A stretch of 64,000 nucleotides of DNA from Zancudomyces culisetae HAW-14-8 (lineage: Eukaryota > Fungi > Kickxellomycota). A program made the translations under genes and the position numbers. Under the pieces are notes generated by a model. It had not been told where the DNA came from. It did no database searches and worked only from the letters and a program-made list of their open reading frames with translations. Shown one piece after another: positions 12,360 through 25,327 of the stretch (position 1 is the first letter of the stretch; each line of letters starts with the position of its first letter). The stretch is taken from contig JBNJNM010000013.1 in NCBI GenBank assembly GCA_052426225.1, positions 744,001-808,000 on the forward strand, in the 5' to 3' direction.

Positions 12360-15300
12360 TTAAAATACATTTGGATGTAATGATCTGGCAACAACTTGCA
12401 ACTCAAACGGATTTCTAGTCAAATCGACATACCGGCAGCTAGGTACATCATCTAAAAAAATATGCCGAAGCAGAAGGGCCATGCTGCCACTAGAAGTCTG
12501 CTGAAACGAAAAAGAGTCGTCAAGCATCCTTACAATCCTCACAGTTATATTGCTTATCTCGCCGGAGGTACAAGGAAGTCGGACATACACTTTAGTATGT
12601 AGGTCTATTGAGCTGGGCTGTGTGTCACCACTGATATTTGGGTATGACTTGTGAGTGTTGGTGAGTGAATCGGCTTTGATACCAGAATTGGTTGTCTCTT
12701 TGTCGTTGTTAATTTTACAGAATATAGTTTCTGAAGTAGGTAAACTGAGCATCACAGCAAGATCGCCAATAGAGTTTAAATGTCCATAAACTGTAAAGTC
12801 GAGGTCTAGACCATACGGAAAAAGATAATTAAACTCGACTGGCATTGTGGATGCAGGAGTGTTGATTTCAGCACAGATTTTTAATATATTGGAATAATCG
12901 CGTGGCATGTTGTTTAAAGGAACAAAATCCCTTATAAACTGTTCGATTGTTGCCTTACAAAGTAAAACAAACTCGTCACTGTTGGCACCGACAGTTGGTG
13001 GTACACCAGATAAAAACTTATCATAAAGCTCCAAGTCTTCACCGCCCCCAAGGCTCTTCAAATCATCACGAATTCTTTGGCACTCAGAGACAAATGAGTT
13101 AAATAAAGTCGCAAACTCCGAAATATTGGTGTCATCGAGGTAAATCCGGTTCGCACACACAAAAAGCCTAAGTTTGTCAATTTCAAGCAAAGTTTCGTGA
13201 GAAACTCCACTAAAAATAGCCAGTAAGTGATTGATTTGGGTTATGATGTCTTTTAATACCGAGATTTTGGGCTGTGAGTAACTACTGGCTGGTGACTGCA
13301 AATCTTTGGAGAAAACCATCGAGTTTAGCCTGTAGATCGAGGAGATAATGTTCAAATAGCAAAGCTCAAATGCAAAGTAATCACTGTGCATGGAAACTGT
13401 TGTATCTAACAACTGCGATAGTTTGGTTAGTTGTTGCAAAAGCATTCTGTTCTTTTTGTGCCAGAATTGATTCATATCAATAGAAACCAAAGCCCTTCCA
13501 TTTGAGTCAAGTGACTTGAATCCAGAATAACAGCTCGCAACAAAACGCCAACATCTGGTGAAAAAAACACAGACCTCCCTTTCCCATTCTTCTACAAGCC
13601 TCAATGATTGATCTTTATCTGCATGCAGCTTACTAATCATATTAATCGAAATTTGATCGGATTTTGGTATCCCCTCCAGTATATCCTGAGGAAAGCAGTT
13701 TGGATATTTAGAAACAAAATACGAAACGCTATTGAGCAGAAAGTTTGGAAAAGTATTTATCAGTTTTTTGCGCGTTTCTAGCTCTAAGTTCATCACCATA
13801 ATTATATTTCCCGCATAAACATTATCCTCTAGGTTGGGGTTTTTGGGTAAATAGTCTTTCTTGATGTCAAATATGCTGGCCACAAACTCGGTATCAACTA
13901 TATGACTGTGATTCTGTCCGATTTTACTAAACGTGTAAAATGTTGACATTTTGTCTTTTGGATTGGTTTTTATACCGCTATGCAAACTTTCCAATAAGAT
14001 ATGCAAGCTTTCTTTAGTATTTGCCCGCGATACAGATAAAAACAAAAGAATCTGCTCTCTGATTTCATAGTCCGAATCTTGCATCGCCGAAAGCCCAATT
14101 AATAGCTGCTCCTCTGTAAGCTCCAACACAGATTTTCGTCCAATCCTGTTTAACACACTGATTGCATTCAGTCGTGCCTCGTTACTGCTGTCGTTAAACA
14201 TATCTACTAAAAAGTCTATTGACTTTATTGCAAACTCGGGGTGTTTTTCACTCAGGCTTGAAATGGAATCTAAATGGTATGACCATCAATTTTGTCGATG
14301 TAAATACATAAAATAAAACCTTTTAATCAACCGCAAGCACAAATATAAAAGCAAAAAAAAATACTATAAATTGGATCCAAGTTAAGGGGTATGTAAATAA
14401 ATTTAAACCGAGAATTACCTATTGCTGCATTTCGAACTTCTTGAAACTCATCTTCCAGCCCATGCACAAATGCCCCTGCCGCCCCTGTATTCAACAGCTT
14501 TATTTCTAGTGACGAACTATCAATTTGCATGTCAGTCGCCTGCGTCAGCTCTTTGGTTTTCCTTTCTCTATGATCCTTGGTGTCACCAACAGCATTTTTA
14601 TTTGTTACCCTACGCTTTAAATTTGACATGACTTGCTTGCTGAATGTTTGTAGCAAAAACTTGTTATCCGTTTTGTTGTATTTTCCCAGCGTGCTGAATG
14701 CCTATAATGGGATATCCAATTGCGTCTTATTTACAGTTATGTCTTTGCACTTTAATATGCTAGCGAATGGAATACATAGTCATATGGTACAGCAACATAA
14801 ATTTATACATCAATAGATAAACTTCTCTTCGTATTAAAAATAGGTACCTTTTTTCTAACCGCCACTGAATTATCATTTACCATATCACACATCTTGGTAA
14901 ACGAGTTATCAACCAATCTTATTCTTTCTACCTCACCAAACTGGGTTATTGTAACTTGGTGTTCAGGGTGCAGCTCTGTAATAGCCCACAAAAGATCGAT
15001 AGCCGCCAAGCGGACCTTTTCGTTCTCATCCTCACAGCATTTTTCAGATATGTGGTATGTATCGATTCCGATATTAACGCCTTGACTATAGAGCTTGAAA
15101 AGTTCAATTAAACACGTCTATGACCAAATAAGGGTATTTTTGCTGTTAGTGGGAATAATGCTTTGATTTTAAACATTTTTAAGTAGTTATTCATCCTTTT
15201 GTTTTTGATTAGCAAAGATTGATTCAGCATTAAAATTTAAATGAAATTTCTTTGTATTGAACACCAAACTATGTATTGTTACCTTGCGGACTTGAGGGTG

Positions 15301-16227
15301 GATATCCAAAGTATACCTTTCCAACAGTTTTACAAGATTTCCTACTCTAGTATCATATGTTATACTTTGGCACTGAATTTCTGTGACTTGATTGTATCCT
15401 GTGTTAAGCAAAACTGGTAGGAGCTCCAGACATATGCTCCTAATGTTTTTGTTTACATTTCCCAAATTTCTCCCTATCTCCTGTTCAAGCTTTTGCACTT
15501 TTTTCAGAATTGCTCCTGAATCCTTGAGTTTTTCATTTCCTACCTTCTATAGAATATATTGTTTTGATTAAATCGATTTTTCATATCATTACTTGTTTTG
15601 CTAATTTCAAAAATTCCTTAAAAGTGAACAAAGTTCAAAAACATTACCATTAACAGTCTGGATAATCCAAAATAGCACTCATACGCCAACACATCCTCGT
15701 GATCCTCTAGAATATCAAACAAAATAGATACAGCCTCCATAGTGCATTTTTCAAAGTCATTTCCTATTTTTACAATAGTTCGAACACCAATTTTCTTGAC
15801 TGCCTGCTTTATATTAGGTTCGGAAATGCTTTCGACTATCCGCTCGATTAATAATTTCACACCCTCGTCTGAAATCCCATCAAGACTGTCTTGGAGATTA
15901 TACAGTGTCTATTTTTGTTAATAACGTATTCGTGTTATTTAGCGAAATCGTCTGCACACTGTTTTAAAGTGTGATATCTCTATAACATGGATTAGATGTG
16001 CTAATTAAAAAACAACTATCAACAACAATAAAGAAACAAAAATCACAAAATAAAGTGCGAGTGTGTGTGCGATGCCAGCACTGATATTCTTGAAAATGTT
16101 TACTTGCCTCCAAATCAGCCGGAAATGAAACGACTTTTTCTCCTTCAACTTTTATTTTTTTCTGTTCAGCGGAAGTGGTTAAATCCTCATTTTTTGCCTT
16201 TCTTTTCATTTTTTTTTCTTTCACCAT
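12360..16227 (-). CDS. INTS4: Integrator complex subunit 4 homolog (HEAT repeats), multi-exon
   Basis: Exons encode EKVRLAAIDLLW, RLVDNSFTKMCDMVNDNSVAVR, FLLQTFSKQVMSNL, GAAGAFVHGLEDEFQEVRNAAI and DFLVDMFNDSSNEARLNAI, collinear with INTS4 signature blocks. GT-AG junctions in the core keep the frame. The 5' exons and start codon are approximate. Confidence 0.88.
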
Positions 16228-16865
16228 GTATTTGTTCAATCGAGAAAAAAGAACGACAAATATTGTAAGCTGCACTATTTAAGAGATATATTGGAGTGTA
16301 CCCCTGTCTAATGCCTATAATTCTTGTGTTAGCCGTACGCTCTCAAATAAAAAAAAATATTATGAATATATCAAATCTTGAATAAACTTTGACAATTCCA
16401 TAAAGAAACTCCTAGAAAAGCTGGACAATAAAAGCTAATATACCATTTCAGTCAATCTGTGTTTAAATGGTCCAGTAGCACTTCATCGCACCAAAATGTA
16501 AACACAGTTCAATTCAATAAAAAAACGCAAATTTCAGAGTTTGCTACTCTTCAATTTTACTCGTTAAAAACCAACAGGCATCCTCACCCATTCAATATTC
16601 GCGCTTTTGAAACGAATGGCTGTATAAAATCCAATCTAATTCCCAAATTTGCCGGAAATAATTTTTCTCCAAGTTTGATCAGACTTTGCACGTATATGCT
16701 GCAGATGGAAAAAAAATTTTTTTTCACTGGTTAAACACAAGAGTTATTGTAACATAAAAGGTTTATAGGAAAAAAAACAAAGTGTATACTGTGGATAATA
16801 AACGACGAGAAAGACTTGCCTGCAACGAGTATTAAAAGCGACGAAATATTTAGATATACCTAACA

Positions 16866-19250
16866 ATGAGTAAAGCAAAGGTTAGGGCGGGTGAAGTATT
16901 GGCACTTTTGATCAACAACTACCTTAATGACGAAGAAAATATAATAGAGCATTTACCTCGAGTTTTGGAAGCAATTATCTTTTCAAATTTATTCAACGTT
17001 TCAAATGAAGATGACGATAACAAATTGGCACAATTTGGAGGTATCCCCACCTTTTCTTCCGCTGGTGCAAAGGGTAAATCGAAAAAAACTGCAGATAGTT
17101 TGACAAATGTGGATAACCAAAACAAATATGAAGAAAGTGTTAGAAAATGGACAAGTAAAATGGTAGCACTGGTATTGTCTAAAAACGATGATTGTAAACT
17201 GGCTGGTACTATGCTTATGAAACAAACGATCGAACAGTCAAGTACGCTTTTGGCGACTACTTTTGAGAAATGGACCTTTCATTTGTTAGCTATGCTCACA
17301 AAGTCTGAATCACAACGGGTACAAGAAGCAGCGATAATGACAATAAAATGCATGCTCGAGTTCTCAAAGAGATCCACTAGTATTAGCAACGACGTAGTGG
17401 TAGGTGTTGTCGAGAAGTACAATGTCCAGCTGGTTAAATTACTTTCTCCTCAACGAAAGCTGTTTGGAATAATATGTGATACATTGATTTGGTCGGCCAA
17501 ATCCTATCCAACAACTATTAAAAATAATGGTGACAAATGTGTCAAAGCATGTCTGGAGTATTTGGATGGGAAATTCACTGTGAGCCGCCCAGAGCTTGTA
17601 AAAACCGCATCGGAAACCGTCGCCTCATTGGTTTCTATTTATACTGGAAAGAAATCCTCTGCTGATACTTGGGAAGAGTGCATTGAAAAGACAATTAACT
17701 CCATTACAGACACACTCAACAAGCTCTTTTTTTCAATATACGGCAATGAAAAAAAACATCGCATAAATTTTGACAAATTCGAAATGAAAGAATGCTCAGA
17801 TGATTATGTTGTAAAAATACCGCAGATGCTCGATAGGTGTGTTGCCTTAGCACAGCTGCTTGTGGCCCTTTTAACCACCGAAACCCAAGATGCGGTTGTA
17901 GTTCCTGTTGAACGTATTTTGCATTTGGTTGACAAAATTATCGGCGTAACTTCGAGCAGTAAAAAACATCAGCTTGCAGAATCGCAAGAATATCTACTGT
18001 TGCAGGCAAATCTTTCGCAGTTATATTATGTTGCGGTTAGAATAATATCATCGCTGGTTGTAAGCACGGAAAACTATCTCTTGCCCTATTTGAAACATGT
18101 CACCTTAGCATGCGTCAAACTAAATTTATTGGCGAATAGAGGAGAGCTAGCTTTGGTAGAGATATACAGCTACAACGTCATTACTCTCCTATGCGAATAC
18201 CACGGATATGGAGCTGCTTGCTATTTAGACGAATCGTTTTACCTGCGACTAGTCAAAAAGATCTCTTTAAACTTTGACGCCTCTGACGTGCATGGCCAAA
18301 ACTCGCTTTCAGTCACCGCGGAACAAACAAAATCCAAATCAACTAAACGTCAGCGATCTCAACAAAAAGGTGCGGAAATTAATACCAATGCTACAGCCAA
18401 GAGACTAACATGGTCAGATGCCCACTATTCCACCCTGATGTTGCTGAAAACACTGCTACTGAAAGCGCCTGATGTGCTTTCTGTTCAGCTACGTCTGAGA
18501 TTTGAGCACATTGTTATTTCAACGCTTTTGATTTCTGAATCTTGCGAGCTGGTCTGTACATCTAATTTACACTCAAAGTCCATAATATTGTACTATGAGT
18601 GTCTGATAGCCCTTGTTCAAAGACCTCGAAGCAACAAACCATCAGTTGTTCCACATGCTTTGAGATTGTTCACAAAAGGATTAAATATACCACAGGCGAA
18701 AAGCATATGCACTGAAGGCCTAACTATTTGTGAGCTTGTGTTGCATCCCAGACTTCCACCACTTATACACAACGCTGCCATGGAACTTTCTAGTGATTCT
18801 GACTTGGAATCCATAGATGTTGATGCTGATATCACCTCAATAAACGAAAATTTTGATGGTATTACCGAGACACATAGGAATCGCTTTGAACCACAAATTG
18901 TTCGCCCGGAAGCTGGCTCAGCTACAACAAAACTTTCACCAAAATCACCTCAAAAACCACTTACAACTTCCGTTTTAGGCTTGCAGGATAAACTGCATAT
19001 GGCCACTGATACTCCTGCTTCGACACGTCTTCCTAAGGATGACTCTTTGTTGTCGGGCGCTAAATTCATATCACCTAATAATTCCACGGTGACAAGTAGA
19101 TCCTTTGATCAATCTGTAAATAAAGCATCGCCAAAAAAGGGCGAAGGCAGGAATAGCGATAACAATAATGATGTAGGTATGGGAATGGATGGGGATGGGG
19201 ATGGGGACGACTTTGATTTGCCAGAAATAGACTTTGAAGATTCTGACTAA
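16866..19250 (+). CDS. RIX1: Pre-rRNA processing protein Rix1/PELP1, 794 aa
   Basis: Helical Leu-rich N-terminal domain (KWTSKMVALV...AGTMLMK), the conserved LVLHPRLPPL motif, and an acidic disordered tail ending DFDLPEIDFEDSD. Confidence 0.8.
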   Translation: MSKAKVRAGEVLALLINNYLNDEENIIEHLPRVLEAIIFSNLFNVSNEDDDNKLAQFGGIPTFSSAGAKGKSKKTADSLTNVDNQNKYEESVRKWTSKMVALVLSKNDDCKLAGTMLMKQTIEQSSTLLATTFEKWTFHLLAMLTKSESQRVQEAAIMTIKCMLEFSKRSTSISNDVVVGVVEKYNVQLVKLLSPQRKLFGIICDTLIWSAKSYPTTIKNNGDKCVKACLEYLDGKFTVSRPELVKTASETVASLVSIYTGKKSSADTWEECIEKTINSITDTLNKLFFSIYGNEKKHRINFDKFEMKECSDDYVVKIPQMLDRCVALAQLLVALLTTETQDAVVVPVERILHLVDKIIGVTSSSKKHQLAESQEYLLLQANLSQLYYVAVRIISSLVVSTENYLLPYLKHVTLACVKLNLLANRGELALVEIYSYNVITLLCEYHGYGAACYLDESFYLRLVKKISLNFDASDVHGQNSLSVTAEQTKSKSTKRQRSQQKGAEINTNATAKRLTWSDAHYSTLMLLKTLLLKAPDVLSVQLRLRFEHIVISTLLISESCELVCTSNLHSKSIILYYECLIALVQRPRSNKPSVVPHALRLFTKGLNIPQAKSICTEGLTICELVLHPRLPPLIHNAAMELSSDSDLESIDVDADITSINENFDGITETHRNRFEPQIVRPEAGSATTKLSPKSPQKPLTTSVLGLQDKLHMATDTPASTRLPKDDSLLSGAKFISPNNSTVTSRSFDQSVNKASPKKGEGRNSDNNNDVGMGMDGDGDGDDFDLPEIDFEDSD

Positions 19251-20031
19251 AACTTGCCTGGTATCTTGATACTGATAAAGAAACAGAGAAATTAAAGTGA
19301 GAAAACCATATTTCTGCACTTTGATCTATTTTCTCGTTCCATGTACCTGTTTTTTTTTTCTTGGTTTTGGCAGTGCGATTGGGTCTAAAGCACATGACAA
19401 GACATTCTAAGCATTTTACCTGCCTTATCCCTTTTTTTTGCTTACAGACACAGTGAAACCATTATCAAAAAAAAGCCTGCCTTTTTTTTCACGGCATTGG
19501 ATTTATGAATGTAAATAAAACACCCTTTAAACTTTTCCCTTTCTAAACTATATATATCTTGCTAACAGTCCTACTTGTGTATTGCTGTGTTGGTCATTAG
19601 TAATGTAACCATTGCTAGTTACAACGAACTCTTTAGCAGAAAATATTCACAAAGCACAACAAAAAAAAATCCTAACCTTTGGTAAAATCGCTATCTCCAT
19701 CACCCACTTAAGCGATTCCAATTGGGCTTATGTTTGTCAGCGACAACGCCCATAATTTGTAATCAAATTAGAAACTGAGAAACATTTCCACGGAATTTGA
19801 GTTTTTCCAGTGACAACAAAAACGAGTCATGAAAACAAACTCCACTTTGTTATCTTTGGTTTGATTTGTTGTGTAAGCTGGTCCTAGTGTTCTCTTATCC
19901 CTGTTGCTCCTTATTTTCCCACTCTTACTATATTTTTTACTTGTGTTTATCCGAATAATAATAACTAAAATTCGTTTAAAAATAAAAAAATTTATTTACT
20001 GGGTCAGATTCAACACGAAAAAAGGCGCAGA

Positions 20032-21520
20032 ATGAACAATCTAGGTAAAACTCGACTGATAAACGCCTTGGTATCCATCACCAAAAAAACCCCAATAAAA
20101 ACGATATCTAGAAATGATCAGTGGCGTGCTATACACAACTTGCGTGGGTTTAAAACCACTGAGAAAAAGGTAGATGATGCCTGTAATTGTAGGGTTAAGA
20201 AACCGTTTGGTGTACGTACCAGGAAATATACAGAAAACTCGAATGGATCTCCAATTACTACACGCACCTCGGAAGAGACCGGTAGCCAAAAGCCTAACCC
20301 ATGTAAGTCCGCCCCATCTATCGTCTCACATTCTTCATTGAGCCTGGTATTACATGCCCTTTTTTATTTTTTCAAATATCTATAACCAGCTACATTCGGA
20401 TATGTATGAGTGATAATGTACTATCTATGTTTGATTCTCTACATAAGCTATACAAATGATTGTTAGTATGTCGACAGAGCCATTTAAAAAGCATATTTTT
20501 TCTGTTTGTAAGTTTAATAACCATGATAAAATATGAAATAGTGTGGTTAAGGAGTGATGAGCCACCTAGGATGGAGGGAAAGTCTCATATTTCTGGAATT
20601 TCAAGTGGTAAACACGGGTTTATAAACAGCGTACTAAAAAAAATTTCCGAAAATTCTGCATACAACGAGCTAATATTTAGAACAGAACAAAGATATTTTC
20701 CAAACGAATTTAGACAAGGAGGTGATCTTTCTTAATTTATTTATTCATATTTTTATTTCTAGTCCGATAAAAATAAGAACAGAGTGGGTATTTCAGTATA
20801 TTTAATATAATTAACACGAAACCTATAGCTATACCCGCACTGAAATCATTCTTCAACACCATTAACGACGATAATTTAAGAAAACTATCAATTTTAACTA
20901 CAAAGGGGTTGTACCAAAAGTATAAACATTGGATTGAAGAGATGGGAAAAGAGAACATCAAGGTTAATCTACAGCTACTAAACTCATTCGACACAAGAGT
21001 CAAGGATTTTAGACTATATTATGGCGAAATGTCTGCCTTTGATGACACTATTCCGTTAAGTATCAGGCAAAAGCATTTTTATTTTTTGTACTTCTTCAAC
21101 TATACAGTTGCGCTGTACCAAAATCCAACGTACGATAGCAAATCTTGGTTGAAAGCATCATACGAAATAGCTAACTTTATGCGGGACAGTGGATTTTATG
21201 CAACTATCGATGTAGAAATTGATGCAGAAATTAAATATACAATTACGCAAGGTGAGAAGGAACTAAGTGTGGATCAAGGCCGGAGAAAAGTGGTTTTAAG
21301 TTTCGTTAGTCCTTACTATGAGGATAACAGCCATTTCAATATTGCATATATGCAGGCAGTGGAAACCGTTGCTCCCGGCTATTTTCCAAACGGCCAAGTG
21401 CCTGAGATGTTGATTGAACCGAAGTTTACTTGGAAGATATGCGATACAGACTACTTGATCCAGTCTGACTTGGAGAGAGAACTTCGTGCTCTTATTGAAC
21501 CGTCATTTTTTACAGAGTGA
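20032..21520 (+). CDS. Probable mitochondrial Tim44-like/MAIP1-like protein, spliced; middle exons uncertain
   Basis: Basic, acid-poor N-terminus (presequence-like). Splicing gives YFPNEFRQG|AIPALKSFF...LSILTTKGLYQKY and a C-terminal FTWKICDTD strand, both reminiscent of Tim44-like domains. Confidence 0.5.
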
Positions 21521-21789
21521 TTAATCATGATCACCAAATGGGGCTGGTTAGTTGTGATGGTATTTTTTTTGCTATTTCTAGCGTAGTATATAGGAACACT
21601 TGGATTGAAAGATGATATAATATCTATGAACTCAATAAAGACACCCTAGAAAACAAGGTTGTGTTTAAAGATAAAAACGTAGTGCAAGTGCACGTATTAA
21701 AGCACAATTTCCTTTCTAAGCTAACGGATCAGCACTTAAAAATAAATAAATAAAATACGATATAAGTATCGCAGCTCTACTGCAATGAA

Positions 21790-22578
21790 TTACTTTGATA
21801 GTATCTGTAGCAGATCCTTCAATATAAAAGCCGTTAACCCCCATATTACATTATCTATTGCCCTGTAGTTGTACTTGAGCCCGAGTCGTTGGTGTATATC
21901 GGCCTCTACATGGTTTTTCGGATCATACAACCATGATAGTGGTAGTGTATATACCTTTTTCACCTCTGCTTCATTTATTTTCAGTTGCAAGTCATCAAAG
22001 TTGTGATTGATGTATCCAATTATGGGGTGCACTTTTGTTTTTAACTGCTTATTTGGCAATGGGTGGAGGTTTCCAAGAAAATGTATGTCCTTGATTGGTA
22101 TTCCAATCTCTTCATATGTTTCTCTTGCCGCCGTTTCGAATAAATTGCCGTCGGATTCATCTTTCTTCCCTCCAGGAAAGCACACTTCGCCCTTATGAGA
22201 TCTGAGATTGTCGCTTCTTTCGGTAAAAATCAAAGAGATTTCATTTCCAGAGTTGCAAAAAAGCGCTGCAACGGCCGCCTGTCTTATCTCTGAATCCGGA
22301 ACAACGTATTTGTATCTTATTGGCTTCACTGTCTTGATATATTGATCAAGCCGATCTTTTATGAAATCAATCGAGTTGGTGTCAAGGTGTCTAAACCCGA
22401 AACTTGGTGGTGTTTCATTTCCGTTGCGCGAAAGCGTTGATGGGATTCCACCACTTGTATTTATCCCATACAACCGACTTGTAGTTTGAGTAATAAAATG
22501 ATTTTCTACTTTCAGCAAAACGGCGCCAACATTTTGAACTCTTTGTGCAAATCTTCTAGTCTTTATGACAGAATTCAT
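21790..22578 (-). CDS. Nudix CoA pyrophosphatase (PCD1/NUDT7/NUDT8 family), 262 aa
   Basis: CoA motif TERSDNLRSHKGEVCFPGG, Nudix box GGKKDESDGNLFETAARETYEEIG, and IWGLTAFIL. Basic N-terminal extension suggests mitochondrial targeting. Confidence 0.93.
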   Translation of the reverse strand: MNSVIKTRRFAQRVQNVGAVLLKVENHFITQTTSRLYGINTSGGIPSTLSRNGNETPPSFGFRHLDTNSIDFIKDRLDQYIKTVKPIRYKYVVPDSEIRQAAVAALFCNSGNEISLIFTERSDNLRSHKGEVCFPGGKKDESDGNLFETAARETYEEIGIPIKDIHFLGNLHPLPNKQLKTKVHPIIGYINHNFDDLQLKINEAEVKKVYTLPLSWLYDPKNHVEADIHQRLGLKYNYRAIDNVIWGLTAFILKDLLQILSK

Positions 22579-23183
22579 AGTATAAACGCGGGGAGGGAGG
22601 ATTCAAGGGAGATAAAACAGTAACACTCGTGGTTCGCGATATATTGTGTGTCCTAGTGTAGTTTTGTATTGGCACCTTGATATAGTGTAGAGTAAATTAA
22701 GAACATGTATGGATTCTTTACTACAATGCATTTATTTTAAACAATTGCATTTGATTTTTAGTGTGGGGCTGTTATTAGCTATAATGCGTCGGAATATTCG
22801 AAAGTGCGTTGTTATTAATCACAAGCTGGTTCATTTTTAGCAAGAACCAACCAATGTGCTGCGATTAATGTTGAACCAAGTATTTTAAGCGCAAAAAAAC
22901 CAGGCTAAAGTATTTCAATTGTTTAGTACTAGTCACATGACAATCAATTCTGAACTACCAAATGAAAACAGTGAGCACATGCACACTAGCACAAAATGCC
23001 ATCAATTAATTTCAGATTTCCAACACAATACAAAGAAAACTAAGGTATAAATACACATCAATGTGCTTTGCTTTGGATCACTGCTGCAAATATTCTGTGT
23101 GGAAATAAACGGTTAATAAGTTTGGAAGTAAATAGCTAAAACCAAGATAAGAACAAGAATAAGAATAAGAATAAAAGTAAAAT

Positions 23184-24914
23184 ATGACGTTTGAAGACGC
23201 TACAAACAAAGGCGCACTGTTTGGAGAAATCATCGACAAGCAGTTTGCGTATTTTTTGTCACTGGAGTCTATAAGAAAACGCTGTTATGCTGTGTATGAT
23301 GAAATTGAGAAGGGAAAGTCGGACTTTTTTGAGGTGCATAAAGACAAGCTCAAACCTCTGGTGGATTACCTATTGGAAATTATTCGGAAAGATTATGGTA
23401 CTTGGTTGAAAGTTCCTCCACACGGTCGCTGGCGTTCATTTCAGATAGTTAAAAACGGTGAAAAAAGGGATTTGGTGGAAGAGCATGTTAATTCATGGTT
23501 ATCCCAAGGAGTCAGCCAAATCGAATGTGCCAGGAGAGTGATTGACTTGTTTGTGGTATCGGTTCTTTTAGATGCCGGAGCTGGTTCCAAATGGAAATAT
23601 ATTGACAATAAAACTGGTTTGGAGCTTAAACGCACTGAGGGTTTAGGTATAGCCAGTTTGAGAATGTATGAGGACGGTTATTTTTCTTCGGATCCTGAAA
23701 ATCCATTTCGTGTTGATTGTAAGTTAGATAAAAGTCTTATGATATAGATTTTGTGACTGTTGGCAATAATTCAATTAGACAAGCGGGTAGATGCTAATAC
23801 CCACAGGTGCCTACTGCTGCTTACAGAAACAATTTTACAGTATAGTAACATATAACTATTCCATACGTGTGTAAACACACAAATAGCCAAAAAGCTAAAG
23901 CTAGTTGATACGAACTTAATAATGAAAGGAATGCAAGTCACCAATGATAACCCGTTGATTGGGGCTGAAAACAGGGCACTTTTACTACAAAGACTAGGAT
24001 GTGTTATTGAGGCAGATAATAAATATTTTGTGAGCACTTCTGGCTCAGTAAAAAGGCCTGGCAATATGATTGGTAATTACTATACCTTATACACTATCTA
24101 GATAAAATAATGTCATTAGAACTTTTGGGATTTGCGGAAACCTAGTGCTCATAGATTTTGATTTTTAATGCTAATTACGTTGTAGACTTCTTAATGAAAG
24201 GCAGTGATAACGGGAGGGTAAGCGTTTGCAGCTTGTGGGAGGTTATATCAATCGGATTGCTAGATGTATGGCCAAAAGCTGGTGCAGAATTATCAGGAAA
24301 ATCGCTAGGTGATGCCTGGGTTTGTAAGCTACTAGAGAAGAAAGGAGTTAGTTGTGATGGGGTCTCACCATCGGGTATAGTTCCATTTCATAAACTATCT
24401 ATGTGGCTAACTTGGTCTCTAACAGAGGTGCTCAGTAGAGTTGGATCTATAGAGGTTTTAGACTTGGCTATGCTTACCGGACTTCCAGAGTATAGGAATG
24501 GAGGACTGCTTGTGGATATGGGTGTGATTGGGTTTAAACCTGATTTTGAAAATAAGTTCAAGGGAAAAGTTGTTGTTCAAGGCGAAGATAATACACCATT
24601 ATATGAAGTTGACAGTGAGATTATAGTACAGTGGAGATGTTTGACAATTGTTGTGTTGGATAAGCTACACGATATTATGACAGAGACTTTGGGCGTTGAC
24701 AAGAACACTTTCACGCTAAGCATGCTACTTGAAGGGGGTACTTGGAAGGTAAATATTTTTTTGGTTTGTTGATTTTTAGTTTTAAAGAAAGCGCTGATAA
24801 CTCGAGCAAAATTTTGAACAAACAAAATAGGCAGGGAGAATAGTGGCAGCAAAAATGAGGCAGAAAACAGGAGATCCTCCATTTGGGATTATCTCTAGCG
24901 GAACTATATTCTAA
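23184..24914 (+). CDS. URC4: Uracil catabolism protein 4 / Urg3 (DUF1688), 4 exons
   Basis: PPHGRWR, DLFVVSVLLDAGAG, RTEGLGIAS, FHKLSMWL, LTGLPEYRNGGLLVD, LEGGTWK|AGRE and PPFGIISSGTIF*. Three GT-AG introns (~23719-23886, ~24073-24186, ~24749-24830) preserve the frame. Confidence 0.93.
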
Positions 24915-25327
24915 CTATGGGCACAACCTCGCTATATACTTTTATATGCAAAAATATCTCTGATTGTGGTTTGAACCAAACTTGAAAGCTCTTTTCTTAT
25001 ATTCAGTATCTAAACCTTTGTTCTTTTAAACTTTTGCAATTTTAAAACCTAGGTAAAAAAAATAAGCAAATAAAAAACAATAAGATCAACAAGATGAACT
25101 TGGTAAAACATAGTTAGAAGTATAAACAAATTTATTTTGTCAGATATGCGTGTACACCATATGTGATACTGTGATACTAGCAAGCATCAATGGAACTAAT
25201 ATTTCATTATATTTTCTCTACGTTTTTAAATCAAGAGTTATATCAAAACTATTAAAGAATTTACAAACAAGATAAAATCTCAGCTTGGAATCGCAGCTAG
25301 CAATGTTTGTATAGGCATGATCAAAAG

